A stretch of DNA of 64,000 nt. Source: Alphaproteobacteria bacterium. GTDB lineage: Bacteria; Pseudomonadota; Alphaproteobacteria; GCA-016699305. The notes under the pieces were generated by a model. That model saw only the letters and a program-made list of their open reading frames with translations. It did not search any database and had not been told where the DNA came from. Positions 7,758-15,717 of this stretch are shown here, piece after piece. The stretch lies in the NCBI GenBank assembly GCA_016699305.1, contig CP064970.1, positions 157,419 through 221,418 of the forward strand, written 5' to 3'. The translations under genes were made by a program, and so were the position numbers. The stretch's first letter is position 1. Every line of letters starts with the position of its first letter.

Positions 7758-10700
7758 TTACGCCCAATTCGCGGCGATCACGCTGGCTAACGCCGCTTGG
7801 TAATTGCCGGGCAAGGTCGTCTGACCCATCACGGGTGGCGTGAAGCCCGCCATAGCGCTAACCAGATTCTCGACTTGGCTGTCCAGCAGAGTCTTGGCGT
7901 TAGAGGATTTGATCTGCTCGACATGATAGGCCTTGCCTGAATACCAGTTGCTGACAGTGACCTTATCCGCAGTGCCGATTAAGCTGACTTCCAGATTGTT
8001 CCCCACATGACGGAACCAGATTTGATCGCTGTTTGCTCCCGACAAAAAGGACAGAACATCCACATTGCCCGTGGTAGCGTCATTTTCCGTTAGAATGTCC
8101 GAGCCATCTCCTGCGGCAAAGTTATAAGTGTCATTACCCGAACCGCCCGTGAGCTGATCATTATCAGCATTACCAACCATAATGTCATTTCCAGCCCCGC
8201 CGCTGATGATGTCATTCCCAGCCCCGCCACGCAGCACATCAGCCCCTGTGCCGCCGAAAAGACGATCATTGCCGTTCTCGGCCCACATTTCGTCATTGCC
8301 CGATCCACCGGCCAGCATATCGTCGCCCTCGCCGCCGACCAGCTTATCGTTGCCGCCATTGCCAAAGATCTGATCATTGCCGCCATAAGTGCGGATGGTT
8401 TCCGCCTCGGCATCGCCCCAATAGATATCCGCCGCCGTGTTCGTCGTAGCCGTGCCCAAGGTGATATTCGTGCCGTAATTGCCACCCCACACCCAAGAGT
8501 CATAGGCGTAAAGACCCGCATAAGACCCATCATCGAATTGCAGCCAATCGATCGGACGATAAGCCGAATACTGATATTTCAGCAGCACATCATCGGCCGC
8601 GTTCAGCTTGATCAACACGTCATTCGTGGCTCCGGTCACCGAGAATCGTAGCGCATCGGTATCGGCCAGCCCTTGGATCAACAGCGTGTCCGTCCCCGCG
8701 CCGCCACCGCTGGCGTCATCGAGCACATCATGACCGTAACCGGCGGCAAAGACATATTTGTCATCGCCCAGACCGCCATAGAGGACGTCGGACCCAGCCT
8801 CGCCATAAAGCTGGTCATTGCCATCATTGCCCTGAATTTGGTCATCGCCCGCCCCGCCATACAAGGCGTCGGCATCTCCCTCGCCATAGATTCGATCATT
8901 GCCAGCGCCGCCCCATATGTGGTCAAGCCCTGCGCCACCACGGATCGCATCATTCCCTGCATCACCGTTCAACTGATCCGCGCCGTCTTCGCCATAGAGC
9001 GTATCATCGCCATCGCCGCCCCAAGCTTTGTCGTTGCCGGTGCCGCCTTGGATAAGGTCCACCCCGGCATCGCCGTTTAGTTGATCGTCGCCGTCTTGAC
9101 CATAGAGCTTGTCATCGCCGAGGCCGCCCCAAGCTTTGTCGTTGCCGGTGCCGCCTTGGATAAGGTCCACCCCGGCATCGCCGTTTAGTTGATCGTCGCC
9201 GTCTTCGCCATAGAGCGTATCATCACCATCGCCGCCCCAAGCCGAGTCATTGCCGATGCCGCCTTGGATAAGGTCCACCCCGGCATCGCCGTTTAATTGA
9301 TCGTCGCCGTCTTCGCCATAGAGCTTATCATCGCCGGTACCGCCCCAAGCTTTGTCGTTGCCGGTGCCGCCTTGGATAAGGTCTAACCCGGCATCGCCGT
9401 TCAACTGATCCGCGCCGTCCTCGCCAGAGAGCGTATCATCACCATCGCCGCCCCAAGCTTTGTCGTTGCCGGTGCCGCCTTGGATAAGGTCCACCCCGGC
9501 ATCGCCGTTTAATTGATCGTCGCCGTCTTGGCCATAGAGCTTATCATCGCCGAGGCCACCCCAAGCTTTGTCGTTGCCGGTGCCGCCTTGGATAAGGTCT
9601 AACCCGGCATCGCCGTTTAATTGATCGTCGCCGTCTTGGCCATAGAGCTTATCATCGCCATCGCCGCCCCAAGCGTTGTCGTTGCCTTCTCCACCGGAAA
9701 CTCCGTCATTTCCATCACTGCCCCAGCATGTATCGTTGCCGTTGCCGCCGGATATCCCGTCATTCCCCGCTTCGCCGTTCAGCTGATCATCGCCATCGCC
9801 GCCCGAAATTGAATCATTCCCATCACCACCCCAAGCTTTATCATTGCCGGCCTTACCTTCAAGATTGTCATCCCCAGCATCGCCGAATAGCTGGTCATTG
9901 CCATTGTCACCTGAAATCATGTCATCCCCAGCATTGCCGTAAAGCTGGTCATTGCCATTGTCACCTGAAATCATGTCATCCCCAGCATTGCCGTAAAGCT
10001 GATCATCGCCGTCTTCGCCAAACAGCCTGTCATCGCCATCGCCGCCCCATGCTTTGTCATTGCCCACGCCGCCGAATATCCAATCATTCCCGGCATCGCC
10101 GTTTAGTTGATCGGCACCGTCTTCGCCATTGAGCGTATCATCCCCGTCTCCGCCCAATATTTTGTCATTGCCGGCACCCCCTAACACAGAATCGTTACCT
10201 TCCCCCGCATCGATCACATCATCCGTCGCCGCACCTACAATGCCTGTTATATTGTCATCCCAATCCGTCCCGAACGTTTTCATTGAAAGTCCCGCCAGGG
10301 ATATCATCTGTCCGTTTGACAACTTGATATAGTCTAACCGATTGCTTACAGCATGATAGAACTGACCCATCACCGTAATCAGATCAAGCCCCGCGATCAC
10401 AATCGCCAGGTTCTGGTTGCCATCATGGTAATAGGACACCTGCGCTGCCGTAATGCCGGCCGGAGCCAGCAACACATCCTGCAGATCGTTGCCCTCCTCA
10501 TAAATGCGGTCATAGCCGGACGAGGCAACATAGATGTCATTGCCGACCCCACCTTCCAACACATCCGTCCCAATGCCGCCGTCTAATTTATCATCAGACA
10601 TGCCGCCATATAAAGAATCATCCCCGCCGTAGCCATATAAAGCCATCTTAAAAGTAGGAGAAGTCCAGGTAAAGTCGTGTCCATAAGAGAATATACTGTC

Positions 10701-13001
10701 ATTTCCCTCAGTCCCATAGGATGAAACCGTGATGCGATTGTCACCTTTCATAGAATAGACCACACCATTCGCCAAACGTAAATTATCTATATTTGTGATG
10801 CGTCTATCATTTATGGGAATAGTGGAAAATTCCACATACTGATTTTCTTTTAGAGCTATTTCTCCTAAATTAGCTACATGAATCTTTAATGCATAACTAT
10901 CAGAATATGAGGCATGATAATGATCAGTATATTCAAAATTTAAATTAGATAGAGTCACGCCAGTCGGCATAACTATCGTATCATTACTGTTATAAAAATA
11001 GGGTGTGTTATTGACACGATATGTTGAATTATCATCATAGCGATCATAACCACTTGTATAAATATACGTATCATCCCCGCTTCCACCATAAACATCATCA
11101 TCGCCATCTCCACCTTTAAAAGTATTATTTCCAGAGATGCCTAGAATATCGTAAGAACCTACGTCTCTTAGAACATCATTTCCGGCGCCGCCATCCAGTA
11201 TATCGTTGCCTACGTCTCCATATAATTCATCTCTCCCCTCACCGCCGTATAACGTGTCATTACCTTCACCCCCATATAATGTATCGCTTCCCGTCCCGCC
11301 GTATAATGTATCTTTGCCTAAACTTCCTGCCATCCAATCATCGTCTTCATCGCCATAAATAACATCATTGGCAGATCCCCCAATGATATGGTCATATCCT
11401 GTATTGCCATGAAGCGTGGCATTTACCATCAGGCCGGATATACTGATAAGGTCATTCCCGCCCATGCCATTGACGCTGACATTTTGCGTCCATGCACCCG
11501 ATGACGAGTATATCGTGTCATTATAATTGGTGCCGTAAGAGATGGGGACGTACATATTGGTGTACACGCCGCCGGCATCTGTCCCATACCCATAGGTATG
11601 CTGCACAGGGGGAGGCGCAGGCTGATTCATGTGAATCAGATATGTGCCGCCTGCCGCGCTGGCCGTAGGCGTAATGGTAAAATCCGTAAAAGCCCATCCC
11701 CCGGAAGACGGATAGATCCGAAAGCCAGGGTCCGATGAACCGCGCAGCACCACCAAAGCGCCGTCAAGGTCGTCGTCCAGCTCGCTGGGCACGACATAAA
11801 TCATCTTGGTTGTCGTGTCGAAAATATAGGCGCGGTTTTTATTGGGCAGGAAAGGCAAAGGGGTGTCCTGCGCGCCGATGGCGATGGCCTGGATCGGCAC
11901 GCGGATCATGCTGCCCACGGCCACAGAACAAACTCCCGCGTCCCAGTAAACGCCATCATCCTCGGTCACGCGATCATTCAGCCGCCCTAACAGATCGGCG
12001 CTATATCTCACACTGGCGGCGATAGAGGCCAGGGTTTCTCCCGGCTGCACCAGATGAAACCCCGTGCCCGGCACATTCACCGCGTCCCGCGCGCTGGCCA
12101 GCAGATTGGCGCGAATGGCTGTTAAGTCCGTCACCGCCGTACTGCCCGCCGGAAATGTTTTGATATGATTGGCGATATTCGCGGCCTCCTGCTTCAACGC
12201 CAAAGCCACAAACACCCCCGCCAGCGGATTGGCGGTAAAGTTGATGCTGGTTGCGTTATCGTCAGTTTCCACAGCTGTCACGCCCAGCGCTGCCGCCAGG
12301 TCACGGAGGCGGCGGCTTTCCAGGCCCTGTTTATAAACGCCCTCGGCTTTATTATTAAAGAACAGCACATCGGCCAGGAATGCGCCGATATTGCCTTGCT
12401 GAATATATTTTCCCTGCAAATCCCCATAAACCCCGTTATACTTTTCGCTGATCAACAACGCATGCAGGCCGTTATTCGCCAATGTGTGGCCCTCATCACC
12501 GGCGTTCAGCTTCGGATCCGTGATCTTACTGATCAATTCAGGCTCGTATCGGCGCTTCATCGCGGCGTTCAGCAAGGCCAGGCCTTGAGCCTGCGTTAGG
12601 CCCTTGGGTGGCTGGTCCGTGACCGTCCCTGCATAATCATTCTTGAAAGCGGTATTGAGTGCCGCCAATGTCTTTTCGTCCCCAGACTTAATATAACTGA
12701 CCAGCAATTCGCGCGTACTATACATTGTGCCGCCGACATCATTTGTCTTAGCATCACTGATGGCAATCCCCGCCGCCGTGAAATCGGCAATAATCCCCGC
12801 ACCCGTCTGCTTGCTGATGTCATAGCCATAGCCGATAGTGTAGTCCAGATTCCCCGGTTTCCCATACTTTCCTGCTGCGGGAAGGTTACTTCCTCCCAAA
12901 TAAAGAGGCCTGTTCTCTCCCTCCTGGAGCATCTTGTTACGCACGGCCAGATAGGCGGCGTTATCAGCATAGTTTGGAAAAAGAACGGCGAATTTCGACA
13001 T
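7758..13001 (-). CDS. Giant RTX (GGxGxD nonapeptide) calcium-binding T1SS substrate with an N-terminal lysozyme-like domain and a LysM motif
   Basis: The ATG at 13001 (MSKFAVLF...) has a GGGAG SD about 9 nt upstream, so the track's earlier start at 13112 is unlikely. There are dozens of GGxGNDxL/GDDxLYG repeats. The C-terminus (VLSFLSGANSDQIWFRHVGNNLEVSLIGTADKVTVSNWY...VENLVSAMAGF) is typical of RTX secretion regions. N-terminal blocks are QEGENRPLY...DYTIGYGYD, GLTQAQGLALLNAAMKRRYEPEL and LHALLISEKYNGV...GNIGAFLADVLFF. The LysM-like block is FHLVQPGETLASIAASVRYSADLLGRLNDRV...MIRVP. Confidence 0.9.
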   Translation of the reverse strand: MSKFAVLFPNYADNAAYLAVRNKMLQEGENRPLYLGGSNLPAAGKYGKPGNLDYTIGYGYDISKQTGAGIIADFTAAGIAISDAKTNDVGGTMYSTRELLVSYIKSGDEKTLAALNTAFKNDYAGTVTDQPPKGLTQAQGLALLNAAMKRRYEPELISKITDPKLNAGDEGHTLANNGLHALLISEKYNGVYGDLQGKYIQQGNIGAFLADVLFFNNKAEGVYKQGLESRRLRDLAAALGVTAVETDDNATSINFTANPLAGVFVALALKQEAANIANHIKTFPAGSTAVTDLTAIRANLLASARDAVNVPGTGFHLVQPGETLASIAASVRYSADLLGRLNDRVTEDDGVYWDAGVCSVAVGSMIRVPIQAIAIGAQDTPLPFLPNKNRAYIFDTTTKMIYVVPSELDDDLDGALVVLRGSSDPGFRIYPSSGGWAFTDFTITPTASAAGGTYLIHMNQPAPPPVQHTYGYGTDAGGVYTNMYVPISYGTNYNDTIYSSSGAWTQNVSVNGMGGNDLISISGLMVNATLHGNTGYDHIIGGSANDVIYGDEDDDWMAGSLGKDTLYGGTGSDTLYGGEGNDTLYGGEGRDELYGDVGNDILDGGAGNDVLRDVGSYDILGISGNNTFKGGDGDDDVYGGSGDDTYIYTSGYDRYDDNSTYRVNNTPYFYNSNDTIVMPTGVTLSNLNFEYTDHYHASYSDSYALKIHVANLGEIALKENQYVEFSTIPINDRRITNIDNLRLANGVVYSMKGDNRITVSSYGTEGNDSIFSYGHDFTWTSPTFKMALYGYGGDDSLYGGMSDDKLDGGIGTDVLEGGVGNDIYVASSGYDRIYEEGNDLQDVLLAPAGITAAQVSYYHDGNQNLAIVIAGLDLITVMGQFYHAVSNRLDYIKLSNGQMISLAGLSMKTFGTDWDDNITGIVGAATDDVIDAGEGNDSVLGGAGNDKILGGDGDDTLNGEDGADQLNGDAGNDWIFGGVGNDKAWGGDGDDRLFGEDGDDQLYGNAGDDMISGDNGNDQLYGNAGDDMISGDNGNDQLFGDAGDDNLEGKAGNDKAWGGDGNDSISGGDGDDQLNGEAGNDGISGGNGNDTCWGSDGNDGVSGGEGNDNAWGGDGDDKLYGQDGDDQLNGDAGLDLIQGGTGNDKAWGGLGDDKLYGQDGDDQLNGDAGVDLIQGGTGNDKAWGGDGDDTLSGEDGADQLNGDAGLDLIQGGTGNDKAWGGTGDDKLYGEDGDDQLNGDAGVDLIQGGIGNDSAWGGDGDDTLYGEDGDDQLNGDAGVDLIQGGTGNDKAWGGLGDDKLYGQDGDDQLNGDAGVDLIQGGTGNDKAWGGDGDDTLYGEDGADQLNGDAGNDAIRGGAGLDHIWGGAGNDRIYGEGDADALYGGAGDDQIQGNDGNDQLYGEAGSDVLYGGLGDDKYVFAAGYGHDVLDDASGGGAGTDTLLIQGLADTDALRFSVTGATNDVLIKLNAADDVLLKYQYSAYRPIDWLQFDDGSYAGLYAYDSWVWGGNYGTNITLGTATTNTAADIYWGDAEAETIRTYGGNDQIFGNGGNDKLVGGEGDDMLAGGSGNDEMWAENGNDRLFGGTGADVLRGGAGNDIISGGAGNDIMVGNADNDQLTGGSGNDTYNFAAGDGSDILTENDATTGNVDVLSFLSGANSDQIWFRHVGNNLEVSLIGTADKVTVSNWYSGKAYHVEQIKSSNAKTLLDSQVENLVSAMAGFTPPVMGQTTLPGNYQAALASVIAANWA
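8955..9660. repeat. About six near-identical tandem 108-nt (36-aa) repeats inside the RTX gene
   Basis: The unit LNGDAG(V/L)DLIQGGTGNDKAWGG(D/L/T)GDD(K/T)LYG(Q/E)DG(D/A)DQ recurs. Nucleotide copies are nearly identical (ggataaggtccaccccggcatcgccgttta...). Confidence 0.85.
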
Positions 13002-13026
13002 GTTGGTTACTCCCGACTTGTGTGGA

Positions 13027-14065
13027 TCAGTGGTGGCCTGGTGCGAATTTGATTTTATGCGTGATGCTGGATTCGATGTAACACAAGTCATCACCGGGTG
13101 GTCGTGCCGCATCGGCCACGACCATCAGGTCATGCGGGGTAGTGCTCATCAATATAAGGTAATATTTGCCGTGAATATTCGCAAAATGGGCAAGACTCGG
13201 CCCCCGATCAAAATTACTCCATGGCATTTCATCCTTCTGCAATTCAGCAGAAATCTTAGGAAATACCAGCTTACCTTGATACCCCAAGAGACTCCTTATA
13301 CCATTGACGGCAACCCTTACCGATTTTTCCATCATTTACCTCTTCATATGGCAGGTATGATTTGTAATAAGACCAGTCTTCCATTTTCAGTTTATCTGCA
13401 GGAATATCCCACTCCAAAAGCATGAATGGTGGCTGGATTACAGAGCGATACTTATCCGACGGATTCGTATGGATCGTCACCAACCGATCCACGCCGTCAT
13501 TCTTATAGGGCAGGATTTGCCAGTATTCCAAAGGTGCATCACCAATTGCAAAGCGACTGCCGTTATCGCCAGATGTCCCGCCTTGAATAAAATTCCACTG
13601 GGTGAAGATGGGATCGCTGAACAGCGGGTTTTGGGAACGATAGAAATCGTGATGCCCCCAGCGGAGGTTTTCGATCTTATCCGGTCGCGGCATCGGATGC
13701 GTGACTCGCCGGATGGCTTCCTTAGGATCCATACGCAGCGTGTCGTTCAGCGTCTTCACGATCACCTTGCACACCGGATCGCCATCATAGACCAGCTTAT
13801 AGGTGCGGCGTGGCCGCAGCCCCCAGCCGCCCAGGCAGTCGGGCGCGTAGCAGCCCAGTTTGTCGCAGGCCTGTGCTGGCACGGTGCTTCTTGCTCGCCC
13901 GCACGCGCCACCCCATGAGACTTTGGGCACGCCTTCTTCAGCATCGGCCTGCGCCGCACCGCTGGGCGGCGTTTGCGCATACACCGCGCTTGGCATCATG
14001 CCCATCAAGGCCGATCCCAAAAGAAAGACGGAGAGGACAGAGCGCGAAGCGGAAAAGGTCATCAA
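13027..14065 (-). pseudogene. Copy B1 of the signal-peptide protein upstream of the RTX gene; disrupted by a +1 frameshift (or a sequencing error)
   Basis: ORFs 13271-14065 and 13027-13335 together reproduce the 345-aa protein encoded at 14523-15560. There is an extra base at about 13312 (gacggcaaccc against gacggcaccc in copy 2). Confidence 0.8.
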
Positions 14066-14126
14066 ATCACCTCGAAGTTAAGCGGCCAGCGCAGTTGCAA
14101 ATATGTTTCTTGTCCTTACACGCCCG

Positions 14127-14155
14127 GATATAGCGCATCCGCGCGTGCCGTGCAA
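14127..14155 (-). promoter_or_regulatory. Candidate sigma70-type promoter for B1 (TTGCAC-17 nt-TATATC on the minus strand)
   Basis: The -35 is at 14150-14155 and the -10 at 14127-14132, 62 nt upstream of the B1 ATG. The identical sequence recurs upstream of B2. Confidence 0.3.
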
Positions 14156-14204
14156 TGGAAATAATGTCGATTTATTACATACCCTTGGTTGGTTAATGCG
14201 CCGA

Positions 14205-14497
14205 TCGCGCGTGCTATACAGCACACCGCCAACATTGTTTGTCTTGGCATCGCTGATGGCGATCCCCGCCGCCGTAAAATCGGCAATAATTCCTGCACCC
14301 GTCTGCTTGCTGATGTCATAGCCATAGCCGATAGTGTAGTCCAGATTCCCCGGTTTCCCATACTTTCCTGCTGCGGGAAGGTTACTTCCTCCCAAATAAA
14401 GAGGCCTGTTCTCTCCCTCCTGGAGCATCTTGTTACGCACGGCCAGATAGGCGGCGTTATCAGCATAGTTTGGAAAAAGAACGGCGAATTTCGACAT
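14205..14497 (-). pseudogene. Orphan 5' fragment of the RTX gene (first ~97 codons, including the TIGYGYD block), fused to the upstream region of B1
   Basis: MSKFAVLFPNYADNAAYLAV...ISDAKTNNVGGVLYSTRD is nearly identical to the N-terminus of the full gene. It then reads into non-homologous sequence (RRINQPRVCNKS...) and stops at 14078. Confidence 0.85.
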
Positions 14498-14522
14498 GTT
14501 GGTTACTCCCGACTTGTGTGGA

Positions 14523-15560
14523 TCAGTGGTGGCCTGGTGCGAATTTGATTTTATGCGTGATGCTGGATTCGATGTAACACAAGTCATCACCGGGTGGTCG
14601 TGCCGCATCGGCCACGACCATCAGGTCATGCGGGGTAGTGCTCATCAATATAAGGTAATATTTGCCGTGAATATTCGCAAAATGGGCAAGACTCGGCCCC
14701 CGATCAAAATTACTCCATGGCATTTCATCCTTCTGCAATTCAGCAGAAATCTTAGGAAATACCAGCTTACCTTGATACCCCAAGAGACTCCTTATACCAT
14801 TGACGGCACCCTTACCGATTTTTCCATCATTTACCTCTTCATATGGCAGGTATGATTTGTAATAAGACCAGTCTTCCATTTTCAGTTTATCTGCAGGAAT
14901 ATCCCACTCCAAAAGCATGAATGGTGGCTGGATTACAGAGCGATACTTATCCGACGGATTCGTATGGATCGTCACCAACTGATCCACGCCGTCATTTTTA
15001 TAGGGCAGGATTTGCCAGTATTCAAAGGCCGTATCGCCGATCGAAAAACGGCTTCCATTCTCACCATGAATCCCGCCCTGTATTAAATTCCACTGGGTAA
15101 AGATGGGATCGCTGAACAGCGGGTTTTGTGAGCGATAGAAATCCACACCCCTCCATCTGAGTTTTTCGATCTTGTCCGGGCGCGGCGTCGGATGCGTCAC
15201 GCGCTTGATGGCTTCTTTGGGGTCCATACGCAGCGTGTCGTTCAGCGTCTTCACGATCACCTTGCACACCGGATCGCCGTCATAGACCAGTTTATAGGTA
15301 CGGCGTGGCCGCAGCCCCCAGCCGCCCAGGCAGTCGGGCGCGTAGCAGCCCAGTTTGTCGCAGGCCGTGGCGGGAACGGCTTTTCTTCCCTGATCGCACG
15401 CGCCGCCCCATGAGACTTTGGGAATGCCCTCTTCATCATCGGCCTGCGCCGCACCGCTGGGCGGCGTTTGCGCATACACCGCGCTTGGCATCATGCCCAT
15501 CAAGGCCGATCCCAAAAGAAAGACGGAGAGGACAGAGCGCGAAGCGGAAAAGGTCATCAA
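14523..15560 (-). CDS. Copy B2: secreted or periplasmic 345-aa protein of unknown family (candidate immunity or accessory protein of the RTX locus)
   Basis: GAGGTG SD 6 nt upstream of the ATG. Signal peptide MMTFSASRSVLSVFLLGSALMGMMPSAVYA-QT. The mature N-terminus is Cys-rich (GGACDQGRKAVPATACDKLGCYAPDC). I recognise no motif. Confidence 0.8.
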   Translation of the reverse strand: MMTFSASRSVLSVFLLGSALMGMMPSAVYAQTPPSGAAQADDEEGIPKVSWGGACDQGRKAVPATACDKLGCYAPDCLGGWGLRPRRTYKLVYDGDPVCKVIVKTLNDTLRMDPKEAIKRVTHPTPRPDKIEKLRWRGVDFYRSQNPLFSDPIFTQWNLIQGGIHGENGSRFSIGDTAFEYWQILPYKNDGVDQLVTIHTNPSDKYRSVIQPPFMLLEWDIPADKLKMEDWSYYKSYLPYEEVNDGKIGKGAVNGIRSLLGYQGKLVFPKISAELQKDEMPWSNFDRGPSLAHFANIHGKYYLILMSTTPHDLMVVADAARPPGDDLCYIESSITHKIKFAPGHH

Positions 15561-15621
15561 ATCACCTCGAAGTTAAGCGGCCAGCGCAGTTGCAAATATG
15601 TTTCTTGTCCTTACACGCCCG

Positions 15622-15650
15622 GATATAGCGCATCCGCGCGTGCCGTGCAA
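15622..15650 (-). promoter_or_regulatory. Candidate sigma70-type promoter for B2 (duplicate of 14127-14155)
   Basis: Same TTGCAC-17-TATATC sequence, 1495 nt to the right. Confidence 0.3.
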
Positions 15651-15717
15651 TGGAAATAATGTCGATTTATTACATACCCTTGGTTGGTTAATGCGCCGAT
15701 CGCGCGTGCTATACAGC

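Larger units (their letters stand above)
12709..14204. repeat. Tandem duplication, copy 1 (RTX 5' end, intergenic region, upstream gene copy B1, its 5' region)
   Basis: Aligns with 14205-15699 at an offset of 1495/1496 nt. The blocks at 12799-13484 and 13942-14204 look identical apart from one 1-nt indel. The blocks at 12725-12798 and 13485-13941 are diverged. Confidence 0.9.
14205..15717. repeat. Tandem duplication, copy 2, plus an 18-nt third copy of the junction motif
   Basis: The motif tcgcgcgt(a/g)ctataca is present at 12709, 14205 and 15700, that is at every unit boundary. Confidence 0.9.

Noticed and set aside
8955-9660. The regular repeats could be a CRISPR-like array.
   Set aside because: The period is 108 nt with no unique spacers. 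The repeats are in frame within the RTX gene and encode GGxGxD nonapeptides.
13000-13425. Plus-strand ORFs (141 and 119 aa) duplicated at 13000 and 14496.
   Set aside because: They are antisense to the well-supported B gene and RTX 5' end. Their duplication simply reflects the tandem repeat.
14078-14608. The 176-aa track ORF as an intact small gene.
   Set aside because: It is a chimera. A spurious upstream extension is followed by the first ~97 codons of the RTX gene, which are fused out of context to the promoter region of the next gene. The same 45-residue tail also terminates the unrelated ORF 15573-16112.
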